Shown here one piece after another: positions 1-8,873 of a stretch of DNA of 45,395 bases. The translations under genes and the position numbers were made by a program. The DNA is from Planctomycetota bacterium (GTDB lineage: Bacteria; Planctomycetota; SZUA-567; H5-PLA8). The DNA lies in the NCBI GenBank assembly GCA_038227875.1, contig JBBRPR010000063.1, positions 1-45,395 on the forward strand, read 5' to 3'. Numbering within the stretch: position 1 is the stretch's first letter; every line of letters starts with the position of its first letter. The notes below the pieces were generated by a model that searched no databases, was not told the DNA's origin, and saw nothing but the letters and a program-made list of their open reading frames with translations.

Positions 1-72
1 AAACGTGTCTCCCGCTGCCTGCGGCCCCATCCTGCCAACCTCTTCCACTATCTCGTCACTTTCCATTTTCAT
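1..72 (-). CDS. Putative transposase N-terminal fragment (partial, continues beyond the window)
   Basis: GGAG RBS followed by ATG at 72 or 66, with no stop before position 1. Only ~24 codons are visible. Confidence 0.5.
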   Translation of the reverse strand, partial: MKMESDEIVEEVGRMGPQAAGDTF

Positions 73-138
73 CGCTCCCATACCTTTCTTCATCGGCACG
101 GGACGCTCTTCAATTTTCAACAATCAGTGGGACGCTTC
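1..138 (-). mobile_element. Left end of a probable IS256-family insertion sequence (terminal IR plus transposase N-terminus) running off the window edge
   Basis: The minus strand reads GAAGCGTCCCACTGATTGTTGAAAATTGAAGAGCGTCCCGTGCC...GGTATGGGAGCG-ATG, then an open frame to the edge (MKMESDEIVEEVGRMGPQAAGDTF...). This resembles, from memory, the ends and N-termini of PVC-group IS256 transposases. It begins exactly where the MCP signalling domain breaks off. Confidence 0.6.
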
Positions 139-1908
139 CTTCGTTCCGGTCTGAATGGCTTCGATCTTCTGGCCGATGTCTTCCGTCGCCCGGGCGGTTT
201 CCTTGGCCAGTTCCTTCACTTCGTTGGCGACCACCGCGAAGCCTTTGCCCGCTTCACCGGCGCGCGCAGCTTCGATCGTCGCGTTCAAAGCCAGCAGGTT
301 CGTCTGCTGTGCGATGGAGGTGATCGTCTTGATCACGTTGCCGATCTCGGTGGAACTCTCCCCCAACTTGTTGACTGTCACGTTGGTGTTTTCGGCAACC
401 TTGACGGCAGCCGTGGCAATCTTCGCGGCCTCGCCGGCGTTCTTGGCGATTTCCTTGATCGATGCCGACATTTCCTCTGCGCTGGTGGAGACGGTCTGAA
501 CGTTCTTGCTGACCTGCTCCGACGCCGCCGAGACCACATTGGCCTGGTTGCTTGTCTGCTCGGCGTTGGCGGCGAGGCTCTGACTGACTGCCGTCAGTTC
601 CTGTGCGGCCGAGGCCATGGAGTTGGCGTTGGCGCCAAAAGCTTTGATCAGCTTCACCTGCTCGTTGATATTGGTCGCGAATTTCACGACCTTGTACGGT
701 TTGCCATTCAAATCCAGAATGGGATTATAGGACGCCTGAATCCACACCTCGCGCCCGCCTTTGCCGATACGCCGATATTCGGCCGACTGGTAATCACCGC
801 GGTTCAATTGTGCCCAGAACTCCTGATATTCGCGGCTGTGCCGATAGTTGTCTTCGACAAACATACTGTGGTGCTTGCCTTTGACTTCATCGAGCGCATA
901 GCCCAGCGCGCCCAGAAAATTTGCGTTCGCCGTGATAATCGTGCCGTCCATATTGAATTCGATCACCGCCTGCGACTTGCCAATCGCGGCGAGCTGGCCC
1001 TGGAAATCCGCGTTGCGCAGTTTGTCCTTGGTCACGTCGGTGGCATATTTCACAACTTTGAACGGTCTGCCGTTGAGATCCATGATCGGATTGTACGAGG
1101 CCTGAATCCAGACCTCGCGCCCACCCTTGCCGATGCGCTTGAATTCGCCGGCATTGAATTCGCCGCGGTTAAGCTTGTTCCAGAACTCCTTGTACTCGTG
1201 GCTATCCCGGTAAGCCTGATCCACAAACATGCTGTGGTGCTTGCCCTTGATCTCGTCGATCGTAAAGCCCAGCGTGGTCAGGAAATTCGCATTGGCCGTA
1301 ATCACTGTGCCATCCATATTGAATTCAATCACTGCCTGCGACTTGCTGATCGCGGAAAGCTGGCCCTGGAAATCCGCGTTGCGCAGTTTGTCCTTCGTCA
1401 CATCAATGGCATATTTCACGACTTTGAACGGTTTGCCGTTCGAGTCCAGAATGGGATTGTACGAGGCCTGAATCCACACCTCGCGGCCACCCTTGCCGAT
1501 GCGCTTGAATTCGCCGGCGTTGAAATCGCCGCGGTTGAGCTTGTTCCAGAATTCCGTGTACTCGCGGCTCTCGCGGTAGGACTGTTCCACGAACATGCTG
1601 TGGTGCTTGCCCTGGATCTCGTCGAGCGTATAGCCCAACGCGCTCAGAAAATTGGCATTCGCGGTCTGAATGGTTCCATCGAGGTTGAATTCGATCACCG
1701 CCTGCGACCGGTTGATCGCCGCGACCTGGCCCGCGAGGTCCTGGTGCGACGTGTCGCCTCCCGCTCCATGTTCGACAGGCTCTTCGGCCAACGCGGTGAT
1801 ACGATTTCGCACCGCAGGCACGGTCCGCTTTACCTTATGTCCATTTCCATTGCCGCTACCGTGTCCGTTGCCGTTGCCGTTGGTCTTGTGTCCGTTAGCC
1901 AATCGCAT
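124..1908 (-). pseudogene. Soluble methyl-accepting chemotaxis protein with 3 PAS/PAC repeats (BdlA-like), C-terminally truncated
   Basis: Three repeats [12 protein letters not shown]...GKHHSMFV...[21 protein letters not shown] hairpin [37 protein letters not shown]. No TM helix. Ends abruptly at [13 protein letters not shown] without the C-terminal methylation helix. Confidence 0.85.
665..1710 (-). repeat. Three tandem intragenic PAS-PAC repeats, 366-bp period
   Basis: GCCTGAATCCA(C/G)ACCTCGCG recurs at 734, 1100 and 1466, with high DNA identity between units. Confidence 0.9.
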
Positions 1909-2096
1909 GGATCGTTCCTCCCTATAAATGTAATGCTGCGCTTCAGAATCTGATCACACAATGCATCGAGAGAGCGCGCACGCGCTCAGTACAGTCTCGA
2001 TCTTTGGGGACCCCGGGTGTCGATCGAATTGATTAGCTTTGTGCGTTCTCAATTCTGATAAGCATTTTCCCCGCTTCGATTTCCGAAAATAAACAT

Positions 2097-2112
2097 TGCA
2101 CGCGGCATGCCA
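2097..2112 (-). promoter_or_regulatory. Sigma54 (-24/-12) promoter for the PAS-MCP gene
   Basis: Minus strand TGGCATGCCGCGTGCA matches TGGCACG-N4-TTGCW with correct GG-N10-GC spacing, ~190 bp upstream of the MCP start. Confidence 0.6.
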
Positions 2113-2318
2113 TGTCGAATTTGCCCAATTGCGGCAATCTTTGCAGCGGGCCGTTCGAACTTTTGGAATCGCTTCCAACCCGGTGGAGAAGCGCTCGGAC
2201 GGTAAAAGTTCCAGCTCTTCAGATGCAAATTGCCATTTCCGTTCAACACATAATTGCCTGAGCTGTAGAACAGGTGCGCTTAGTGAACTCTTTCGATTCC
2301 CCTATGCAGGGCACACAG

Positions 2319-5300
2319 ATGCAGGTCATTGAGCAATCACCGCCGCGACCGACATCGATCTCCACCGCCCGCCGGACGCGCGGCATACTCGCCTCGTCGC
2401 TGGAGCTCCCCGACCCGCTCGCGCGCGGCCTGGAACGCTTCGCCGAGCTCACGCGCCGCGTGATGGTCTGGGAAGCCGCCGGCTGGATCGTCACCGTCCT
2501 GCTGGCCACCTTTACAGGCATCGCCCTGGTCGATCGCTTCATCTTGATTGAGGACAGCACGCGCCGCTTCCTGGCGTTCATCGCCTACGCCGGCACGATT
2601 ACGTTGGGCTACTCCCTGCTCCGCCGCGCGTTGCGCGCTCGCCAGGCCACGGAAGTCGCACTGGCGCTGGAAGCCCAGGCCCCGGCCGATTCCATTCAAG
2701 AACGCATTTCGACGACCGTCGAACTCGCCAGCCGTCCCGACACCGGCGCAGGGCTCTCCAAGGCGATGGTCGAACGCGTGGCCGACGAAGCGGCGCAGTG
2801 CATCCAACTGCTGAACATCGATGCGCTTCCCAAACGCGACGGCATGCGGCGCGCCCTGCGCGTCGGCGGGGGCTTGCTGGCGCTGATGGTGCTGCTCTGC
2901 ATTCCGTCGGGCCTTCACATGCGGACCGCGTACTGCCGCGCCTTCCTGCCGTGGGCCAACCTGCAGCGGCCGGGCGGCACGAGCATCGAAGTCCTGACCG
3001 GCAGCACCCGCGTCGTTGACGGCGAATCGGTGGAGATTCAAATTCACACCGCCGGCGAAGCGGTTACGGAAGCGTATCTGGAAACGCGCCAGAACGGCGG
3101 CCGCTGGCAGGAACTGCGCATGGAAGGCGACGCCGGCAGCGGCCGCTTCGCGCTGAAGCTCGGCCCCGTTCACGAAAAGATGGAATACCGCGCGCGCGCC
3201 GGCGACGGTCGCTCGGCCGCCTACGATATCGACGTCCTCCCCCGCCCCGAAATCGCCGGGCTGAAGATCACCGTGAAGTACCCGGAGTACACGCACATTC
3301 CCGTGCAGGTGATCGAGCGCCTCAATGGCGACATCACCGCGCTGAAGGGTTCGCACGTCGAATTGAAACTGAGCGCCAACACCAGGCTCGACGCCGCGCT
3401 GCTGGAATTCCCCGACGAGCGCCGCGTCTCGATGGCCGTCGAGAACGCCGGCGCGAATGTGGAATTCGACGTCACGCTCGACACCACTTACCGCGTCCGC
3501 CTGCGCTCAATCGACGGCGTCGGCAATCCCGACGCGCCGCTGTTCTCGATTCACGCGCTCCCCGACATGCCGCCGCAGGTCACGGTGCTCAAGCCGCAGT
3601 CCGACGAGAGCGTCGATGCCAACTCCGTGCTCGCGCTGGAAGCCCGCGGCGAAGACGACTACGGCATCCAGTCGATGCAGATCGTTGCGCAGGCCGAAGA
3701 GCAGCACGAACCGATCATCATTCCGCTGGAACGCCCCGCCGATGGCGGCAAAGTCTGGATGATCGCGCAGCCCTGGGATCTCGCCGGCCTGGCGCTCAAC
3801 GGCACGCAGACGATCACCTATCGCGTTGAAGCCATCGACACCAACGGCTCCATCGGCAAAAGCGACGAACGCCGCCTGCGCCTGGCCGCCGGAGCCAAGC
3901 AGCAGCTCAACCTGCTGCTGGCGCAGCTCGACGAAACGCAGAAATTCCTCAACTCCGCGCGCACCCAACTGGCGCGCGCGCACCACGACGTCGACGACAT
4001 GCGCCTGGTCTTCCGCGCCGACGATTCCGACTTCCAGGCCGCCGATCGCTTGCTGCTCTCCGAGTCGCTCAACCGCATCAGCCGCGAAACGCACAGCGCC
4101 GCCAGCGCCATCGAACGCGGGCTGCCCAACTCCGAAGCCGGCGCGCTGCAGACGCTGTTGCAGTCGCTCAACGGTTCGCTGACGCGCTTTGCCGACGCCT
4201 CGATCCGTCCGCTCCACCGCGCCGCCCAGCGCGCCAAGTCGTCGGAAGCGCCAGCCATCCGCGCGGGACTCGATGCGATCGCCGACATCATGCCCGGAAC
4301 GGAGAAGGAGCTCGAAGAGATCCACGAAGCACTCACCGCCGCGCACCGCTACGCCGCCGCGACGCAGTTGGAAACGCGCGCCGTCGACATTCAAGAGACG
4401 CAGTCGCGCATCCTGCCCATCCTGATCGGTGCGGCCGCGTGGACGCCCAAAGGCACCGCCTTCCCCGGCCTGCTTACCGAATATTATCGCGGCACCGGCT
4501 TCCAGACGCTTAGTCGCCGCACCGTTGAACCGACGGTGTGTGTGAATCAAAAACTAATCGGCACGCCAGGACCGGAAGGCACGAGTATCCGCTGGAGCGG
4601 GCAGACGCTCGCGCCAAAAGCCGGCCGGTACACGTTTGGCGCGGTCGAAGACGGCGTGCGCCTGCGCCTCGACGGCAAGCTGGTACTCGACCAATGGTCG
4701 GCGCAGGTCGCCGACGATTCCGACAAAACCTTCGTCGCGGTCGGCGAATGGGTGGCCGCACCCGCGCAGGGCCAGAGCTACAAAGACGGCTTCCGCTACG
4801 CCGCCGCCGGCACCGGCGCGCGCACGGCGACGTGGACCTTCACCGGGATGACGCCCGGCCGCTACCGCGTCTCGACGACGTGGACGACCAATCCCAATCG
4901 CGCCACCGACGCCCCGTACACGATCTTGGATGGCAATACCACGCTCACCACTGTCCGCGTCAACCAGCAGCAGCCGCCCAACGACTTCACCGAAGAGAAC
5001 ATTCCATGGAAGGACCTCGGCGCTCCGGTGCGCATTGCCGGCAGTACACTGATGGTCCGGCTGACCGATCAGGCCAATCAATACGTGATCGCCGACGCCA
5101 TCCGCATTGAACGTGTGGAATCCAACTCCGCCGTCCGCGCCGACGCCGCCGTGGAACTGACCGAAGGCTGGCACGACCTGGTCGTCGAACTGCACCGCTC
5201 CGACGCGCATCCGGCGATCACGCTGCTCAGTTCCGGACCCGGGCTGAACAAAGCGACGATTCCCGCCGAACGCCTGCGCTCGATCGGCACGGCCGCGATT

Positions 5301-8300
5301 CCGCCGCTCGACGGCCGTGTCCGCGCGGACATGGGCAAGAGCGCCAGCATCGCCGCCGTGAAGCACGCGCTGGTCCGGCTGCAGAACACGCTCGACCAGG
5401 CCCGCGCGCTGCCGCCGGAATATTCACGCATCGCCGCCTTTGCGCCCAAGAACGATCCGCAGGGCGACAAAGAAAGCCACGACTGGGCCGCACTACTGAC
5501 CACGCAGATCCTGCCGCTGGACACCGTCAAGGCCGCGACGCCCGACGCCGCGCTGCCGCTGCTGGTCTGGGGCGATCAGAGCGCCGGCTGGGTCAACAAT
5601 TACAAAGCCGTACGCGAACGCTACCGACAGATGATGCTGCAATTCTCGACCAAGCTCGCCACCAACGCGTACACGGTCGCCTCTGAACTGCGCACGCTCA
5701 ACCGCGAAGCGGCGGCCGCCGAGAAAGCCTTCAACGATCTGCTCGCCGCGTCCAAGCAACCCGCCGACGCCAAGCGCGATATGGCGATGGCCAAGGCTGA
5801 CGCCACCGTCCGCGCGCTCGCCGAAGATTTGCGGACGCAAGCCACGGAGATCGCCGCCGAGCTGAAAGAAGCGTCCACCGACGTTCGCAAGCCGATCGAC
5901 GAGCGCCGTGCGCTGCAATCGCTGGAAGCCCGCGCCGAAGCGCTGGCGCGCGGCTCGGCCGCGGACATCGAGCGCCGCCTGAACGATGCGAAGACGCCTG
6001 AAGAACTCGCCAAGACCGAGCAGAACCGCCCCAATCTCGCCACCGATGCGCAGGCGTTGCAACGCGAATCCAACGAGTTGGCGGCGATGGCCGAACGCGA
6101 AGAGCGCGCCGCGCATCTCCGCGATGAATTGAAACAGGACGCCGCCACGCTGGCTGCCGCGCGCGACGAATTGACCAAAGCGCCGTCGGGCGACGTCGCC
6201 GCCAATCAGCAACGCGCGGCCGCGGAGCTCAAGCGCGAGAGCAGCGAATTGCAGGATGCGGTGCAGGCTTCCAACGGCGCCGTCAACGGGCAGCTCTCCG
6301 CGCAGGCCCAGCAACTCGCGCAGAATCCGATTCTAGCCCAGGCCGAAGACCTCCTGCAGAAGCGCGCCAACGAAACGTTCTCCGGCGAAAAGCCCGATGC
6401 CGCGAAAGAAGCCGCCGGACAGAAGGCTCGCGCCGACACGGCGGCGGAACTCAACAAGCAAGTCAAGGCCGCCAAGGATGCCGAAGCGGCTGCGAACAAG
6501 GAACTCGGCGCACTGGCCCAGGCGTGGAACGGCGATCCGCAGACGCCGCTCAACCAGGCCGCCAACGAGCTGCAGGAAACGACCAAGGCGCTCGCCGCGA
6601 TTCCCGCCGATCAGCCCGTGAAGGGCGCCGACGCCAACCTGAACAACGCCGCGACGCACGCCGAGAACGCCCGCGAAAAAGCGGAGCTCACCGCCGATCG
6701 CCTGGCACTCGACGCCGAAGCGCTGCGCAATCCCGGCGCGACGCCCGAGCAGAAGGCGCAGGCCGACGACCTTGATCGCCTCGCCAGCGCGTTGCGCCAT
6801 GAAGCGTCGGAGAAGCTCGACCCCACCGCCGACATGCTGCAGAGCGCCCGCAACGATCCCGCGCAGGAAACGCGTCTGCCGAAAGTGATGGGCGAACAAA
6901 CCAAGGCCGCCGAAGACGAAATGCGCAAACTCGCACAGCTGGCGGGTGAAGTCATGTCCGGCGATGCCAACGCGCGCAAGCAGGCTCACGAGAAACTGGA
7001 GAAAGAATTGAGCGCCGACGGCCTGGCCGAGCAGGTCGACAATGCCTTGAAAACCGCCAACGCGCTCGACCAGATGTCCCATCAGCTCGAGAACTCCGGC
7101 GAGAAAAAACCCGACGCCAACGCGCCGGCCACTCCAGCCAATCCCGCCAATCCCGCGAACCCGGCGCCCGCTAATGCGGATAAGAACGCGACGCCGGATC
7201 TCGACGCGCAGCGGCAGGCGCTGGCCAAGGCGCTGGGTCTCGATCAGAAAGCGGCCGACGCGGCGGAGAAGCAGGCGCTCGCCGACCGCATGGGCGAACT
7301 TGCGAAAGACTTGCGCAGCGAAGCGGAAAAAGACCGCCAGATGGCCGAGTCCCTCGACCGCGCCGGCGGCATGGAAGAACGCGCGCGTGAAAAGCTGAAG
7401 ACCGATGGCGCCGCTCTTGGGCAGGAGATGCAGAAGGCCGGCAATGAAGCCGCGCAGCTGGCCAAGACCGCCGCGCCGCTCGCCGGACAGCTCAACGAGG
7501 AACAGAAGGCGCTCGATCAGAACGGACAGGCCGTGGCCGCCGCCGCAAAACAGGCCAATTCGGAGCCGCTCGCGAAGCTGGCCGATCAGCTCGACAAGGC
7601 CGGACAAGCGTTGGAGAAGCCAACCACCGATCTGGCCAACGCGCTGGGCCAGCCCGACGATCCGAATACGCAGGCGGCGCAGAAAATCGGCAACGAAGCC
7701 CGCGACGAAGCCGGCCGGGCGGCGGATCTTGGCGAGGAACTGCGCCGCGCCGAACGCGCCGAGCAACTCGCACGTGAGAGCGATCGCGAAGATTCCGGCA
7801 CGCGCGCGCAACTGGAGAAGGAAGTCCGCGACGCTCTCGCCGCGCTGGAGAAAAATGGCGGGGCGAACGCCGAAGAACTCGCCGCGCTCCGCAAAGCCGC
7901 AGAGGACGCCGGCAACAACCCGTCCTCAGCAGACTCAGAAAAGAGCGGCCAACCCGGCGCGCCGAAGAACGACGGTCAGCAAGGAAAAGAAAACGGCCAA
8001 GGCAAGGAAAGCGGTCAGGGTAAAGAAAGCGGGCAGGGCAAAGAGGCCGGGCAAGGCAAAGAAGGTGGGCAGGGAAAAGAAGGCGGACAAGGAAAACCGA
8101 GCGGCCAGCCCCAGCCCAGCCTCGAAGCCACGTCGAAGCAGGCGCGCGCCAGCGCTGAAAAAATGGAGCAGATGGCCGCGCAGATGGAGAAGCTCGCCAA
8201 CGGCATGCGCGATGGCAGCGAAGGCACGCCGCCCATGCAGGCGCAGTCGCAGCCCGGCGAATCGACTCCGGCCAGCCAGTCGCCCGTCGCCGACGCCATG

Positions 8301-8873
8301 CGCGCGCTCGCCGCGGCCGAAGCCGCTCAGGAAACCGGCGATACGGCCTCGGCCAACGCCTTGAAACAATCCGCTGCGGAATTACTCGACCAGGCCGCCG
8401 AAGCCGCGCGTGGTCAGGCCACCGGCATGCAGACAGCCGGCAGCCCCGAAGCGCAATCGCTCGCCTCCAAACAGTCCGGCGAAAAAGGTGAGAGCGGCGA
8501 AAAGAGCGACAGCCAGGCTCAAGGCAAGAATGGCGAAAAGAGCGGCAAAGGTCAGGGTAAAGGCAAGCAGGCCTCCGGGAAAGAAAAGGGCGAAGGCAAG
8601 AATCAGGGCGGACAGCAAAACTCTTCGGGCGGACAGAAATCCGATCCGAATGCACCCAGCGCCCCGGCCAGCAAGACCGCTGCGGCCACTCCTCCGCCGG
8701 CGGGAATTCCGATCGATGCCGCGACGTGGAATCGCCTCCCCGACGACCTGCGCCGCGATCTGCTCAACGCCGCGGGCGGCCGCTTCCCTGCGGAATACGA
8801 AATGAGCATCCGGCGTTACTTCAAAAATGTGGCCGCGATCCAACAGGATCAGCCCCGGCAGGAGCGTCCATGA
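2319..8873 (+). CDS. Giant DUF4175-like membrane-anchored protein: N-terminal TM helices, Ig-like segments, PA14 domain with an inserted Golvesin/Xly-CBM-like module, long coiled coil, G/Q/K-rich tail
   Basis: TM helices near the N-terminus. Motifs Y.V.AGD, 'PDMPPQVTVLKP', 'EDDYGI', 'YRVEAID'. C-terminal 'WNRLPDDLRRDLL...PAEYEMSIRRYFKNVA' is typical of planctomycete DUF4175-like proteins. The start is uncertain (2304 or 2319; the ORF is open from 2274). Confidence 0.8.
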   Translation: MQVIEQSPPRPTSISTARRTRGILASSLELPDPLARGLERFAELTRRVMVWEAAGWIVTVLLATFTGIALVDRFILIEDSTRRFLAFIAYAGTITLGYSLLRRALRARQATEVALALEAQAPADSIQERISTTVELASRPDTGAGLSKAMVERVADEAAQCIQLLNIDALPKRDGMRRALRVGGGLLALMVLLCIPSGLHMRTAYCRAFLPWANLQRPGGTSIEVLTGSTRVVDGESVEIQIHTAGEAVTEAYLETRQNGGRWQELRMEGDAGSGRFALKLGPVHEKMEYRARAGDGRSAAYDIDVLPRPEIAGLKITVKYPEYTHIPVQVIERLNGDITALKGSHVELKLSANTRLDAALLEFPDERRVSMAVENAGANVEFDVTLDTTYRVRLRSIDGVGNPDAPLFSIHALPDMPPQVTVLKPQSDESVDANSVLALEARGEDDYGIQSMQIVAQAEEQHEPIIIPLERPADGGKVWMIAQPWDLAGLALNGTQTITYRVEAIDTNGSIGKSDERRLRLAAGAKQQLNLLLAQLDETQKFLNSARTQLARAHHDVDDMRLVFRADDSDFQAADRLLLSESLNRISRETHSAASAIERGLPNSEAGALQTLLQSLNGSLTRFADASIRPLHRAAQRAKSSEAPAIRAGLDAIADIMPGTEKELEEIHEALTAAHRYAAATQLETRAVDIQETQSRILPILIGAAAWTPKGTAFPGLLTEYYRGTGFQTLSRRTVEPTVCVNQKLIGTPGPEGTSIRWSGQTLAPKAGRYTFGAVEDGVRLRLDGKLVLDQWSAQVADDSDKTFVAVGEWVAAPAQGQSYKDGFRYAAAGTGARTATWTFTGMTPGRYRVSTTWTTNPNRATDAPYTILDGNTTLTTVRVNQQQPPNDFTEENIPWKDLGAPVRIAGSTLMVRLTDQANQYVIADAIRIERVESNSAVRADAAVELTEGWHDLVVELHRSDAHPAITLLSSGPGLNKATIPAERLRSIGTAAIPPLDGRVRADMGKSASIAAVKHALVRLQNTLDQARALPPEYSRIAAFAPKNDPQGDKESHDWAALLTTQILPLDTVKAATPDAALPLLVWGDQSAGWVNNYKAVRERYRQMMLQFSTKLATNAYTVASELRTLNREAAAAEKAFNDLLAASKQPADAKRDMAMAKADATVRALAEDLRTQATEIAAELKEASTDVRKPIDERRALQSLEARAEALARGSAADIERRLNDAKTPEELAKTEQNRPNLATDAQALQRESNELAAMAEREERAAHLRDELKQDAATLAAARDELTKAPSGDVAANQQRAAAELKRESSELQDAVQASNGAVNGQLSAQAQQLAQNPILAQAEDLLQKRANETFSGEKPDAAKEAAGQKARADTAAELNKQVKAAKDAEAAANKELGALAQAWNGDPQTPLNQAANELQETTKALAAIPADQPVKGADANLNNAATHAENAREKAELTADRLALDAEALRNPGATPEQKAQADDLDRLASALRHEASEKLDPTADMLQSARNDPAQETRLPKVMGEQTKAAEDEMRKLAQLAGEVMSGDANARKQAHEKLEKELSADGLAEQVDNALKTANALDQMSHQLENSGEKKPDANAPATPANPANPANPAPANADKNATPDLDAQRQALAKALGLDQKAADAAEKQALADRMGELAKDLRSEAEKDRQMAESLDRAGGMEERAREKLKTDGAALGQEMQKAGNEAAQLAKTAAPLAGQLNEEQKALDQNGQAVAAAAKQANSEPLAKLADQLDKAGQALEKPTTDLANALGQPDDPNTQAAQKIGNEARDEAGRAADLGEELRRAERAEQLARESDREDSGTRAQLEKEVRDALAALEKNGGANAEELAALRKAAEDAGNNPSSADSEKSGQPGAPKNDGQQGKENGQGKESGQGKESGQGKEAGQGKEGGQGKEGGQGKPSGQPQPSLEATSKQARASAEKMEQMAAQMEKLANGMRDGSEGTPPMQAQSQPGESTPASQSPVADAMRALAAAEAAQETGDTASANALKQSAAELLDQAAEAARGQATGMQTAGSPEAQSLASKQSGEKGESGEKSDSQAQGKNGEKSGKGQGKGKQASGKEKGEGKNQGGQQNSSGGQKSDPNAPSAPASKTAAATPPPAGIPIDAATWNRLPDDLRRDLLNAAGGRFPAEYEMSIRRYFKNVAAIQQDQPRQERP
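7974..8100 (+). repeat. Intragenic 18-bp tandem repeat encoding (GQGKE[N/S/A/G])n
   Basis: Translation GQQGKENGQGKESGQGKESGQGKEAGQGKEGGQGKEGGQGKP. Confidence 0.85.

Noticed and set aside
100..136. GGGACGCT repeated twice near an ATTGAAG-like motif, a possible CRISPR remnant
   Set aside because: Only two 8-bp matches, no repeat-spacer periodicity and no cas genes. Better explained as an IS end.
127..1953. 608-aa plus-strand ORF
   Set aside because: Antisense shadow of the PAS-MCP gene with no recognisable motifs. Long shadows are expected at high GC.
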